From: Amphiscolops sp. MND2022
Lineage: Eukaryota
DNA length: 64,000 bases
Direction of reading: 5' to 3'
Assembly (NCBI GenBank): GCA_964187785.1
Contig: OZ076409.1
Span: forward strand, 59,336,001-59,400,000
Shown: piece by piece, positions 45,056 to 57,480 of the stretch
Position numbering within the stretch: position 1 is the first letter of the stretch
Layout: the number at the start of each line of letters is the position of its first letter
Made by a program: the position numbers and the translations under genes
The notes under the pieces: model-generated
Seen by the model: the letters and a program-made list of their open reading frames with translations, nothing else
Told to the model about the DNA's origin: nothing
The model's database searches: none

Positions 45056-48000
45056 CTAGCTTTCTGTTTGTATATTTCCGCTATAATTTTTGATGAAATT
45101 TTGAAGATTCTCAAACTCTACCGCGTAAATCATATATTATTTGTCTTTTAAATTTGCTCATTACAAACGTACTATTTCAGGCTGAAATTAACCAAAATTA
45201 ACCAGGAAAATTTGAATAAACGGTAGTTTAACTTAATCACAGTTTTTGTACATTCATTTCAACCAAACTAAATTCACTTTGATTTGAATTTAAAACAAAC
45301 TCATCTCCTTTTAAATAAAGCAAGACTAAAGAAGACGCCCACCATGCACCGGGATATCTTCCGTCTTCAGTTGACTAACAATACACGCTTAATCGAAAGA
45401 TTACGTCCTTGGCAAAACGCAATTTACTTCGGATATAACGTCAAAATTCGAATAATGCGCAATATTTTCGAACCGACGCTTCCTCTTTAGTAAAACACAA
45501 TTCACTTCGGATATAACGTCAAAAGTTCGGTTATAGCATGCTGGTACAAATAGGAGTGCATTTTTTTGATCCTTCACCTCCTCCTTAATAAAATGCAATA
45601 TAGTTCGGATATAACGTAAAAAATTCGAAATAGAGCAATATTTTCGAATTTTTGCTTCCTCCTTAGTAAAACGCAATATACTTCGTATATAAAAACGCAA
45701 TTTACTTTGTGTATTAGTAAAACGCAATACAATTTCTTCGTATACAAGTGGATGTAAAATAATCAAGTGGATGTAAAATAGTCAAGTGGATGGAGATCGT
45801 CACGTTGGAGATTTTGCTGAATTTGGAAAAAACGCAGCACCGATTATGATTTTTCTCCCCCATTATATGTGGGCGGAAAATAATTGAACATGCCAAAAAA
45901 GTGTCAATTGAATGGCATAACGAATTCATTATGCCTACAGAGGAAATGAGTCAAGGAAAGACATTACAGGCTTATCGATTTGATGTTTTCGGGACATGGT
46001 GATATCAACTTCCAATGTCAAAACAAGATCAATATACAGTGCCTGGTACAACCATACCAGTACGTTTCTTCCGACATGCTTGGAGCCCAAAGAAAAAAGT
46101 TAATACTATAATTTCATTAGTCTGAGTGGTTTAACTTATTCTGAGTTTTCATGTCTGTTTTATAAAACGAGGTTTGTTTAAATTGATTGGAGTTTAAATT
46201 ATGTGATCTGAGTTTGTGTTTTCTGTTCAAACTTAAATTTATTTTGTTTACAAATTACAACTTAGTTTTGTTTCAATTCAGCTTGAAATGGTATATTATT
46301 ATTGGCATTCACCAAAAACTGTAAACGTTGTTCACTGGTGGTGAAACAAACAAGCAAACAAAGGAGAAACTTCTGAAAAAGTATTTCAATTTTTTTTTCA
46401 GATGATAGATACATGAAGTGCCAGGTGGTTGTTTGATATGCCTCAATTTCAAGCTATTTTTTGCTAATATCATTTTTTTCACAAATTAGCTGCTGCGTTT
46501 CTGAAATTTGGACACTGCAAATTGAATATCCTTAAAACGGTCACTGAGGTTACAAAATGTTCATGTTAGAATGGCGTCATTGTTCTGAGCTACATGGCCA
46601 AGAAGATATGTTCCAATTTCGAGAAGAGACTTCTATGAAAAATTGTCCGAAAATCGTGTCTAGTTGGTGCAAAAAAATTCTGGCCATTTGGAAGTTTTTC
46701 CCACTTTTTTTAAAAAAAAAACCTGGCGCATTTAGCTAAAGAACCCACACTAAAAATGACAAAAATATGTCAACATCGAGACAATATTTCAGGGCAAAGG
46801 TGAGTATACAAGCTTTTGTGAGATACTTTGTGGCTTCAAATTGGAAATTTTAGAATGAAAGTGAGTGAAAAAAAAATCGACTCAAAATGGGCGAAAAAAT
46901 TATCCGAATTCCATAATTGAAACCAGAATTTAAAAGGAACACATTTCTCTAACGGATTTCAAAAATGAAAATTTATATATAATTCCATTATTCAACTTTT
47001 TAAGTTACAATATACTACCACAGTCTGATATTGAGCAATGTTCCTGTGTAATACCAATTTATGAACTACCAACCGATATTTATGCTGGCAATTTTAATTT
47101 CCTAAAATCCGAAATGATCTTAGAAATTAACTAATTTCCATTTCCGTGAAGAAGGTTCATTCAGTTCTGCTGTTCTAGCCGAAGAAATCGCGATTTTTCC
47201 GGACAAAGTTATAGCGTCAATCAAATTTGACATCACAATTGGAAGCCTATTAATCGAATAGATTTACGATTTAAGTGAAATTGACACTTCGACCTATGTT
47301 GATTTTTGTGCCATCCTTCATTGGCGGAAAACAATCAAATCAAGTGTACGTTGACATTCAGTCATCTTGAGGAAAACTTGACTCCTCATTTTGAGGTCAA
47401 AAGGTTTATAAATGAAGTTTTTACTCTTGCTCGCCTAAAGAATTCGTTCTGAGGGCACATAGGTTTTCCAAACAAGAAGCCCGCTGAGCAGCAGGCTATT
47501 TTCCGCCCCGAACTAAATTAGCTTACACCTTAAGGCTCAGGCGTGAAAGTTTCAACATTTTCAATTCATTTCACGTCTTTCATGAAAAACGTTGAATGAC
47601 TTTTTCTCCAAATAAAGTATCTTTGGAAATCAAACTTTTTTTATTGAACTACATGGATATTCATAATTCCAAAATAGGCAGGGTTATCTAAAAAAGCATG
47701 AAACGTTCAAAAAGTGACGTTTTTGGCTCTTGATTAGCATTTTGTGTAATTTTGAAAATTAGTTTCAGTTTTCTCATTCCGCGAGAAAACTCAGAAGGCT
47801 AATATTATTTCTTCGAACACTGAATATTCATACTCACCAAAAAAGTTCAAAAAATTTACGAAAATTGAATATCACGATTGGAAATGAAGAAAAGTTAGTA
47901 AAAACTGCTGGATAATACTGTAATTTACCCAAATGTTTGAAACCTGTACAAATTTTGCTATTAAATTTTCAAAAATAAAAAACGTTCCGGATTTTTTCCT

Positions 48001-48269
48001 CTTTTTTAAAGTGTAATTTTGAGGCCTTTTAAACTGAGGGTCTATTCATACAGTATGCTACGAAGATACTTATTCCATTTCGGAACTCTGTGTGTAGTTA
48101 TACTCACCAAAATATCTAAAACATGAAAAATTGCATCGAAATCTTAAGAACCATTTACAAGCTTTTTTTTCGAAAGCATTTACAAGCATTTCGAGGGCTC
48201 AGTATGTCGAATGGGAACTCTCTTTGTTTTGAACTCTTGAAAACATTCAAAAGCTGAACAAAAGTGCCA

Positions 48270-49476
48270 CCCGTACTGAGATCCCATGGACTCCCATGCA
48301 TGGCCATGCATGGTCCACCCATGGGCCATCCATGGGTAAAGTTTGGATCCAAAAAAGCTTTCCCATGGACGGCCCATCGATGGGCCATTGATGGTCCATC
48401 GATGGGGGAGAAAAACTGACATGTCTGAAAAATTCGAATTGCGCCGGAAGCCATTTTGGTTGATTTTCTATAATCGTGTCTCTTTCATATTTTTTGGTTG
48501 TTTGGGTTGCCTTAATGACCCGGGTAGCATTAAGGACGCTTTTCGGCACCGCGTCTCCTGAAGCCGCTTGATAGGTAAGATTTTCAGGTATTTTTGGGGT
48601 AGCTGGATTCATTTACTGTCAGAAAAAGGATAAATTTAGGTCTAATTTTGGTAAATTCTAGATAATATTTAGGTTTTCTTAACATCTGTTTTTTCTCACA
48701 AGCAGATGGTTTTCCCAGCAATTAAAGCTCTATTCCGTCGTATTATGATGCGTATTTCTGCAGTTTTGCCAGTTTTTTTCAATTCTGCTGTGAAAAAACG
48801 CCGTATTTTTGATCAGATTTTTGTATTTTGAAGGTCAAATTTTTGCATATTTCAGATCTTTTATTTTCTTATAAGCAGATGGTTTTCCCAGAAATTAAAG
48901 CTCTATTCCGTCGTATTTTGATGCATATTTTTGCAATTTTACCAGGTTTTTTCAATTTTGCTGTGAAAAAAAAACGTATTTTTGATCAGATTGTTGTAAT
49001 TTGAAGGTCAAATTTTTGCATATTTCAGATCTTTTATTTTCTCACAAGCAGATGGTTTTCCCAGAAATTAATGCTCTATTCCGTCGTATTTTGATGCGTA
49101 TTTCTGCAGTTTTACCAGGTTTTTTCAATTCTGCTGTAAAAAATCTGCTGTTATGGATTGTATTTGGGAATCCGTCAGTCGATTCCTGATACATTTCTTA
49201 CATTCTGAGCATTCTCTTGAGCTTATACTGTAATGTAATTTACTTATTTCTAATGTTTTTTTTTCATAGAAGTCCCTTAGAAAGGTGTTTTTTATACCCT
49301 GGCAAAAATTGCGATAGCCCATCGATGGGAGCTCAGAATGGTCCCATCGATGGCCCATCGATGGGCCATCGATGGGCCATGGCAAAAAGGTCGGCGGACC
49401 ATCGATGGGTCATCGATGGGAATGCGATGGTCCATCGATGGCCCATGGATGGGCTGCCCTGGGATCCCAACTCGGG
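48270..49476. mobile_element. Non-autonomous CACTA/EnSpm(CMC)-like element with palindromic subterminal repeats
   Basis: Termini CCCGTACTGAGATCCC and GGGATCCCAACTCGGG (imperfect TIR), 2-bp flanking repeat CA, arrays of 11-bp units with CCATCGATGG palindromes at both ends. Confidence 0.6.
48690..49145. repeat. 173-bp tandem repeat, ~2.6 copies
   Basis: AGCAGATGGTTTTCCCAG at 48701, 48874 and 49047. Confidence 0.9.
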
Positions 49477-50218
49477 CACGCAGTGGCATAAAGTTGAATT
49501 TTTTGGGACATTCATAGTCTGTTTAATAATTGCCCTATTAAAGTCAAATGGGTTCGAGACACTTTCTGCACAAAATAGATTTCTATTCCAAAAGGCGTCC
49601 CGGGTGGCAGATTTTTTTGACTTGGGGATTTTTAGATAGTCTTTCTCACGAACATGTACGAAACACAAAAATGTACGAATTTTGCAAAAAAAATTGAAAT
49701 TTGAAAAGTTTGGGGTCATAACCAAAAACATTCAAAAATCTCTACGATTGGATGAATGACCCCAACAGGACCACCTAAAAAGCTGCAACGATAGAAGCAG
49801 CCCGAGGAATTCCAATGCGGCAGCTACCGAGAACTTAGTTCAAATTGCAATGTTAGAATGTTGGGTTATGCTGGGTTTTTGTTCGTTAAATCATCTCGTG
49901 ATGACAGTTTTTTTTACCACGATGATTATCCACTCTCTGATTAGAAACACTCTGATAAGTTCATTTTGCTTTGTTTACACCCACAAGATTCCTTGTAAGG
50001 AAACGTATAACAAGCCATGAGTTACATAAGTCAAAAGTTTTTGAAATGACTTCCTAGGTGATTTTGAGATTTCCTTGAGTAGAGTCAAAGTGCCAAAAAT
50101 GGTACCAAATACTTTGATTGGATTCAGGAAATTTGAAGGAAAAGTTTTTAAACCGACCACTGCAGTGGAAGTTGGAGAAAACCGTGTCACTGTATGAGTC
50201 TTTCAAAAGATTCAGACT

Positions 50219-50520
50219 AACAAGACGGGAACGTCTAAAGTCGGCGCTATATCTAAGGCTCAAAAAGTGCAGTTTTTAAAAAATGCGTAGGACGTTTTTA
50301 TGAAAAACTCCCGTTTTCGAACTTCCGCTTCATCCTTACTAAAACCCAATATAGTTCAAATATAACGTCAAAAGTTTGGACATAGTGCTTTACTTCGGAT
50401 ATTACGAGGGGGGGACTATAATGCAATCGAAGGGGGGATTCTTTGGAAACAAACAAATTGAAAAAAGTCTCACAGCGCCAAAACAAATTGATAGTGGGAC
50501 CTTTTACTCTCGTCCGGTTT
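50219..50520 (-). mobile_element. HINE/DINE-1-like element, 3' part
   Basis: AACAAGACGGGAACGTCTAAAGTCGGCGCTATATCTAAGGCTCAAAA; hairpin AGACG-GGAA-CGTCT conserves the structure with a different sequence. Right boundary approximate. Confidence 0.7.
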
Positions 50521-50739
50521 TGTATGTTACGTTTAAAAAGTAAAAAATGGACTTTTTAAACTAACTTAGATTCGTTCCCCGGGTATTCGTTTAGTTGAAC
50601 AAAATGAACAAACTGCCTACGCAATCATTTTTTCAGGTGATGGTTTTCGAGAAACAAAAAACTTTGAAAATCATGATGTTATTTTTTCTTAGTTATATAG
50701 GTGAACCACGGCGGCATATATGTTTGACAAAAAATGTTT

Positions 50740-51671
50740 GACTGCTACAGTGGATAGTTTTTTTTCTTTTTTTTTCGTCTGACCACAGAGTTTACTTTCT
50801 ATGTATCAGTTTTTGATGTAGAGTTTATTCGGTTTAGTGGGAACCCAGCGGTCCAGGATTCGAGTAATGGCTTCAACTATCATTTTTTTCTATTGTATTT
50901 CACTAAAGAGGAGGTGGAGATTCGAAAATATTGCGGTATTATCGAATTTTTGACTTTATTGATGAAGTAGATTGCTTTTAACTAAGGAGGAAGTGGAGGT
51001 TTGAAAAAAATGCGCTCTATTCGAATTTTGACGTTATCTCCGAAGTAAATTACATTCTACTGAGGGCGAGGCGGAGGTTGCGCTATATGAAAAAGTTTGC
51101 TCTATATCCGAATTTTGTTTTTAAAGACCTGAACTGGAACATTTCTATAGGCTTTACTATAATTTAACATAATACCATCTAACTGTCATTTGGCATACGG
51201 ATTAATTCCGATTTCTAGGCCTGCTGAGTCGGAGAGGCAGGAATTCGTGTAGTGGGTTCGAATCTCGGACTAAACCAACATTTTTTTAATGTTTGCAAAG
51301 GTAGAGTTTTGAAAGTTTTTTGCAACTGTTGGATTCTGAGTGTTTCTGTTGGAAATACGCTTTTCCGAATCCTAAGGGTAATCTCATTGAATATTTTTGG
51401 TCCTGTGGAACTGATGAGAGTTTTCTCAATAATTGTGAAAAAGACCTACCTTTTTCTACAGGGAAAAACTTGGAAGAAAAAGTTTTTTTCAAAAAGTCTT
51501 TTTGCTGTTTCCAGTTGTGGGAAAATGGTTTTCGAGTCTGATGCGTGTCTTTTCGGATATTTTTCGGCATTTTCATTTTGATAAAATTTTAACAATAGTG
51601 TTTTTCCATATTTAAAAACTTTACTCATTTGAACCTCGAGCGGGCGACGACTCGCGCCGTCCCCGGCTTGA
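50740..51671 (+). mobile_element. Diverged composite HINE-like element with tRNA-like module
   Basis: GACTGCTACAGTGGATAGTTTTTT near start; ends GCGACGACTCGCGCCGTCCCCGGCTTGATT; 51235-51435 is repeated at 54215-54405. Confidence 0.5.
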
Positions 51672-54600
51672 TTCTTCCCATTCTATTTTGTTTTCACTTT
51701 TCACGTGAAACTCATCGCACGATTTTACAAAATTGCTCATATTCTTGAAATTCCCGGTGAACATTCGGAAAAGGTTGTTTCTAAGGGTTCCAATAAGGCC
51801 CAAGATTATTTTGAATACTTTACACATTGGGCGGGCACTTGAAATTATTTGATTTCAGCTGATTTATATTCGCTCTGTAGCACTGCCTACGTTACGGCTT
51901 CGTGACAACCGGCGTTCAAAAATAGTTGTTCAATGCTACAGGGGTTCTTAACTAAACGTTTTCAATCGGAGCAAAGTTCACCTTTGGAAGCATGTGAAAA
52001 AACCAAGTGCAGTGTTTGAATCGTTTAAATTCGTGGAAGTACTGACAGCTGATTCGAAATTGCGTCCATCGATAGCAACTGGTGTTGCACCATTTGTTAC
52101 TCGTGGCTCGTGTTGAAGTCGAAATCTCCTATGTTATAATCCTAAATTGGAGAATCGTAATTTAGTTACTGACAGTGCCCTAAATGCAGAAGCGAATCGG
52201 AGCGATGTGCCACTACTGGCCCACTGGCTGGTTTTGACAAAGGCCGATCTGGAGGTGCGAAAGGAAGGCCGAGTCATACAATCAATTTCTGACTTCATTT
52301 TTCAAAGAAATTTCAACCTTGATGTTAATTTAGGAGAGTTTAACTTGGATTTTGACATGTAACCAAAATTGGACCTGAGTTTCCAAGTTGGTTCACGGAA
52401 TTGACTGATGACTAACATAACAATGACCCGAGACAGAAAAGGGCAAACAACTTTTATTTGACTTGAACAGCAATTTTTCAGCAAAATGTTTTCAACAAAA
52501 ACGAGTGTCAAAACAAGTTTAGAGACCGTCCGTTCAAATAAGTTAAATAGTATCTTGTTTTCTCACTAGTGCACCATGGTTAAATATTAATTTCACATGC
52601 GGTTTGACAATACATTATTTTCTGAAACCATGATTGCGATGGCGGATAAGAAAATACTTCATATAAAGATTCTTCACAAAAGCGACTATTGAAGCGAAAA
52701 CAGTTCACAGCAGAGTTGAATGCAGAAAATAGGACATCTTCTTGTAGCAGCTGCTTAGAAATTGATAAAAAAACACCGAAGAAAACAATCCAGGGCAAAA
52801 TTGTAAGAGTTCATCCAAGCGTGATGTGAAATTGCTTTAAAAATCTTCCTCATCTGGAATTTGACATCTATCAAAGATGTCAATCAATTGTACGGGCCAT
52901 TTTGTATGTAAACAAACAGATGTTCGAAACATATCGTATGCATTGAATTCTAAATTTGCGTAGAAATAGATAATTTCAACCAGTTTGAAGTCCTAGAAAA
53001 CGGTGAAATGATTCGACTGACTCATTAATGAAGCTTTTCAATTCACAGAATAGTTTACTGCAAGTTGAACAGATAAACTTTTAAAAAGTTTGCATTTTTT
53101 ATAAGGTACAGAAAACTTTATTATTTTAAGGCCAACACATGCACTTTTTCCAAATTTTGAGTATTCTAGCTGCAATATAGCTTAAAAGGAAACTCTTGAC
53201 ATTGAAAGCATTCTCGTTTCAATTATTGCAAGCTTTTCTATCTTTAAATATTTCAAATTTGGATAGAAATGCATAGATCATAGTGTTGCGAATTTGCCCA
53301 AGTTGTAAATCTTTTTCTGCAGAGAGCATTTACCTATTAAAAAACGCTGACAAGAATGATTGTGATATATTTTTTGACTGAGTAAACACAATTTTTATGG
53401 CTTTGAATGCTGACTCCGTTAAACTTGTAATCCGACTATGCGAGAAAACATGAGAAATTAATCATGAAAGTTTTTGCAAGTTCTTTGAAAATTCCCTCGA
53501 AATACGTCCGTAACTTGAAAAAAAATGGATGCAGCTTACATTCATACAAAGAAGATTTGCTAATTCACCAAAAAAGCCGAAAAATTGAATGTTTCTGAAA
53601 TACAGGAAAAGCGCAATAAGATTAAAGATGATACCAATCACAAAAACGATTTGTTAGATTACTTTTTTTCCTGCAAGTTTTTTGAAACCTTGATTGAAGT
53701 TGAGTTGATGCTGGAAAACACTATAATTTTGCTGATGGAAAGAGCATGAAATGAAGAATACAAAATTTTTATATTTTGAAAGAATTGGCTTTTTCATCAT
53801 TTGTATAATCATGTTAAGTTCATTTAGTGTTCATTCCGTTTTTGAACAGAATTGATTTGACTGACTGAATGCAGTCGACCTTAAATACCGACCAATGCTG
53901 ACTGAAGCATTGAAACCATCGATGCATTTCGATGGTAGCCTTACCGCTAACTGTAAAGACACTGTCAAAAGTATGAACGGTTGAGTAGTTTACTGTTTCA
54001 AACTTCTCTCAAAATACTGGCATGTTTTTTTATTACTAAAAAATATTTTTATATTTTTGTGTATGAAAAAAAACTGACGGAAAACAATTTTTTTTGAAAA
54101 CTAAAAAAACATCAAAGCAGTAAAAAATATGTAGTACAGTTCAGGCAGGTAAAATTTCATTCAGCGAAAAAATGTTTCCGTACTGGTAATGAAAATTACA
54201 AATGAGAATGCCGCGAGGCAGGAATTTGTGTAGTGGGTTCGAATCTCGGACGAAGCCAACATTTTTTATGTTTGAAAAGGTAGAGTTTTGAAACTGTTGG
54301 ATTTTGAGTGTTTCTGTTGGAAAAACGCTTTTCCGAATCCTAAGGGTAATCTCATTGATTATTTTTGGTCCTGTGGAACTGATGAGAGTTTTCTCAATAA
54401 TTGTAGAATAGATGTATTCGTTGAAGAAAACGTGTCTTTTTTGAGCCAACTCAGTTGCAGATTGATTTAGTTTGAAACTCGGGAGAAAATCGAAATTAAA
54501 TCACCTCAGTGGTTTCATCCAGACCTGCAACAACGCGAATTAGGAGCAGCTTTTTATTCAATTTTTGTAGGTTTTCTCATCGACTAGCATTCTATACATG

Positions 54601-55788
54601 TCTATCTATTCCAGTTCGGCCTTTGAAAAATGAATTAAAACACATTAACATGAATCTAGGCTCACGCCATTCATATTTTCCTAGTTTGAGCACGTTTCAC
54701 ATGCACGCTTTTCGAAATCGTTTGCTCGAGTAGCCTTCGAAATTTTGTTAGAATTGTCGATGATTTTCCCCCGTTTGAAGGCCAACCTTGGACTGATCTT
54801 CAAAGCAAAACATTCTTCAAGCTCTTTTTCAGATGTTCGTTGCTTTTTTTACTTGATTCGTTTTGTTTTTTAAACGTAGTGCTTTTCGTTCAGTTTTTGT
54901 GTAATAACATCAAATTTTCAAATTTGATGGCCAAGGTCTTCAAAAATTTCAAAGGCAAAAAGCGTATTAATGAAAAAAGACGGGAGCGCATTAATTTATT
55001 GTCCATTTGCTACTCATTTTGAGTGCCTTTTTTTCTTTTGAAGCAAAAGCAAATTTAATATGTAAGACTGATACCCTTGTTTCAAATAGAATACCGAGGT
55101 ATATTTCTCTGCAGCTCATCGATTGATCATTGATGCACAATTATGACAGAAAAACGTTTTCAGTGTGAGTGGAAATCACGTAAGTGAACTAGATGGGGAT
55201 GTTGGAAATGATTATGATCAGTATATTAGAGACGGCAAAACGCAAAGAAATCGGTGTTTAAAATCAAAAAGCGTCTACTGGTGAGTTCCCAGGATAACGA
55301 TCTATGAAAGTCATTGTACGACCGTATTGCGATTGCTTCAAGGTCACGATGCGTACTACCAATGACGTGATGTAGTAGTAAAATCGTATTTCGGACCGTG
55401 ATACCCGTAATCGTGGCACATTTCGTACTATGATTGTTGTGATGTCGTAAAAAAATCGTATTACGAAACCTATCATAGCGTTCGAGCACAGTTTCCGCAA
55501 CGCACGTCAGAAACTCAAAAGAATCACCTCAACTTCAAGCACAATTTAGATAACCACCTTGCAAAACAATAGTATGATTTGTAAAAATAAAAAAATCAAT
55601 TTGAAAAGGTGGTTTTCAGACAGAGAAGACAAACCCGCACGTCGAACCTATACGCACTGAAAAATTGGTCTACTCTGCTAATTCATTTCAAACAACAACG
55701 CCTTGCTCTCAAGTAGCAAAGTTTTGAGTCAAAACATAGGATTATTTTACTTCCTTTGAGAAATTTTAAGTACATGTAACTTCTGATT

Positions 55789-56661
55789 CAAAGTGATAAT
55801 ATTAAAAGCAACATAAGGAGTCTAATTTGCAAATCTTAAACTAGAATATCTCAAGATCTAGGGCTCGGAATGTCCTCGGGTTTTGCTTGTTTGTAGAGAA
55901 ATTCTGTCTCTATGAGTGGATCACAATTTCAATTGAGATGCCAAAAATCCGTCTGCAGAAGCGACGACAGGTTATTTACCTGTACAAACCAAAATGGAAT
56001 ATTTGCCGAATTTTCAAAGAGTTGTCAAAAATTTCATCAACAGTTCTTCGCATTATCAGAAAGTACTAGACTTTTGGAACAGTGGAAGATAGAAAAAGAC
56101 CCGGTTGAAATCGCAGAATAACCGAAAAAGTGAAAACAATTGTAAATGGTGAAAAAATGATTGTTCCAATAAAAAAAACAAAGTGGATGCCAGCTGTTAT
56201 ATTCAAATTCTGAGAGGTCATGCCCTAAATTTTTTTGGATTTGCATGAAATTTTCCAACAAGACAACGCCCCGGCCCACAGTGGCGAAAAAACGCGAAAT
56301 TTTTTTGGGGAAAGTTTTTTTGAGGAAAGCCCATCAAGAAAATTGGTCTCCATAGTAACCAGATCTGAACATTATTGAAAATTTGTGGTCAGAGCTGAAG
56401 CCGAGAATCTCGATGATCTTTTGTCTTTTTCTCAAGAAGCATTCGCCAAAATACCCAAAGAGTATGGGCAAAAACTTTATGACTCGATTCCCGACCGAAA
56501 TACTCTCGTATTACAAAACAATGGATATGCCACTAATTATTGAAATTCAAGCATTTTTTTGTATTTTACAGTTTTCATGTATCTCGTTTCTGTTTTGTGT
56601 TATTGCATTTTAAAATATATGAAGTCTTCTCTCTATGTTGCTTTTAATAATATCACTACTG
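55789..56661 (+). mobile_element. Internally deleted Tc1-like transposon with transposase pseudogene
   Basis: TIR AGTGATAATATTAAAAGCAACATA / TATGTTGCTTTTAATAATATCACTACTG plus TA; fragments MPKIRLQKRRQVIYL..TVLRIIRKY (HTH), FQQDNAPAH, PDLNIIENLW, LYDSIP..NGYATNY. Confidence 0.85.
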
Positions 56662-57176
56662 TATATTATCCTAATGTTATGCTCGTTGTCACAAAAAACG
56701 CCATAGCAAAATTAGGGAGCGCTTGTAAAACTTCAGCACAATGAGTAAATTATCAACTTACTACGAATTGTAGTAGCAGGTCCATGATTGATTGCATTTT
56801 ACTACAATTTTACTACAATAGGCGTGGTAGTGCCTTGAGGGCCTATCTGGGATAATTTAATTGTTTATTCGACGTCTAGCCTGTAGAATTTTCTTCTTAC
56901 TTTGTTATCAAAAAGATTACCAGTAATTTCGTCGTCGGAAATTTCGTCGTCAGAAAATTTGTCGCAAGAAATTTCGTCGTCGGAAATTTCGTCGTCAGAA
57001 ATTTCGTCGTCGGAAATTTCGTCGTCGGTGATTACGTTCTATTAAACGTCGCATTTTCTTTAATCTATTATGAATCGTCTTATTATTGAGTCTCAATAAT
57101 TATCGATAATTGTGCAATAATTACTATCATTGACTACTTTTTGTTATGGTTTTGAAAAAGTTTCGGACATAATAAC

Positions 57177-57423
57177 TGTTATACGGTGCAATACCGAACC
57201 GATTCCTTCGGTTGACAATGTCAATCAAACTTTGATCTTACATAGCCCTAAATGAGATTTATGTTTATATATATTTGTAAACATTGTGCTAGATCTTTCG
57301 TGCTAGAAATACATCATTTAGTTACCATTGAAACTAGAGAAAAGATCGTTTTGACATTGCTTTCTGTTCAAAGACATATTTTACAAAACATCGTTTTTTA
57401 CTACCTAACCAAGCGATAGAACA
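57177..57423 (+). repeat. 5' LTR
   Basis: TGTTATACGG...GATAGAACA; no difference from the 3' LTR found by eye. Confidence 0.97.
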
Positions 57424-57437
57424 TGGCGCAGTCAGCA
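57424..57437 (+). other. Primer binding site, probably tRNA-Ser
   Basis: TGGCGCAGTCAGCA directly after the LTR is complementary to ...UGCUGACUGCGCCA, a 3' end I recall from invertebrate tRNA-Ser. Confidence 0.75.
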
Positions 57438-57480
57438 ATCTAAATAAATAAACCAAGAAAACTGTATCGAAACAAAGAAA

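Noticed and set aside
48155..49731. Overlapping ORFs with repeated HRW/PIDG/PSMG peptides
   Set aside because: Artefacts of the CCATCGATGG palindrome arrays, open on both strands.
56925..57027. Short regular repeats as a CRISPR array (also 36930-37300 and 49318-49452)
   Set aside because: Head-to-tail 11-15-bp units without unique spacers, arranged as inverted transposon ends; no cas genes; eukaryotic context.
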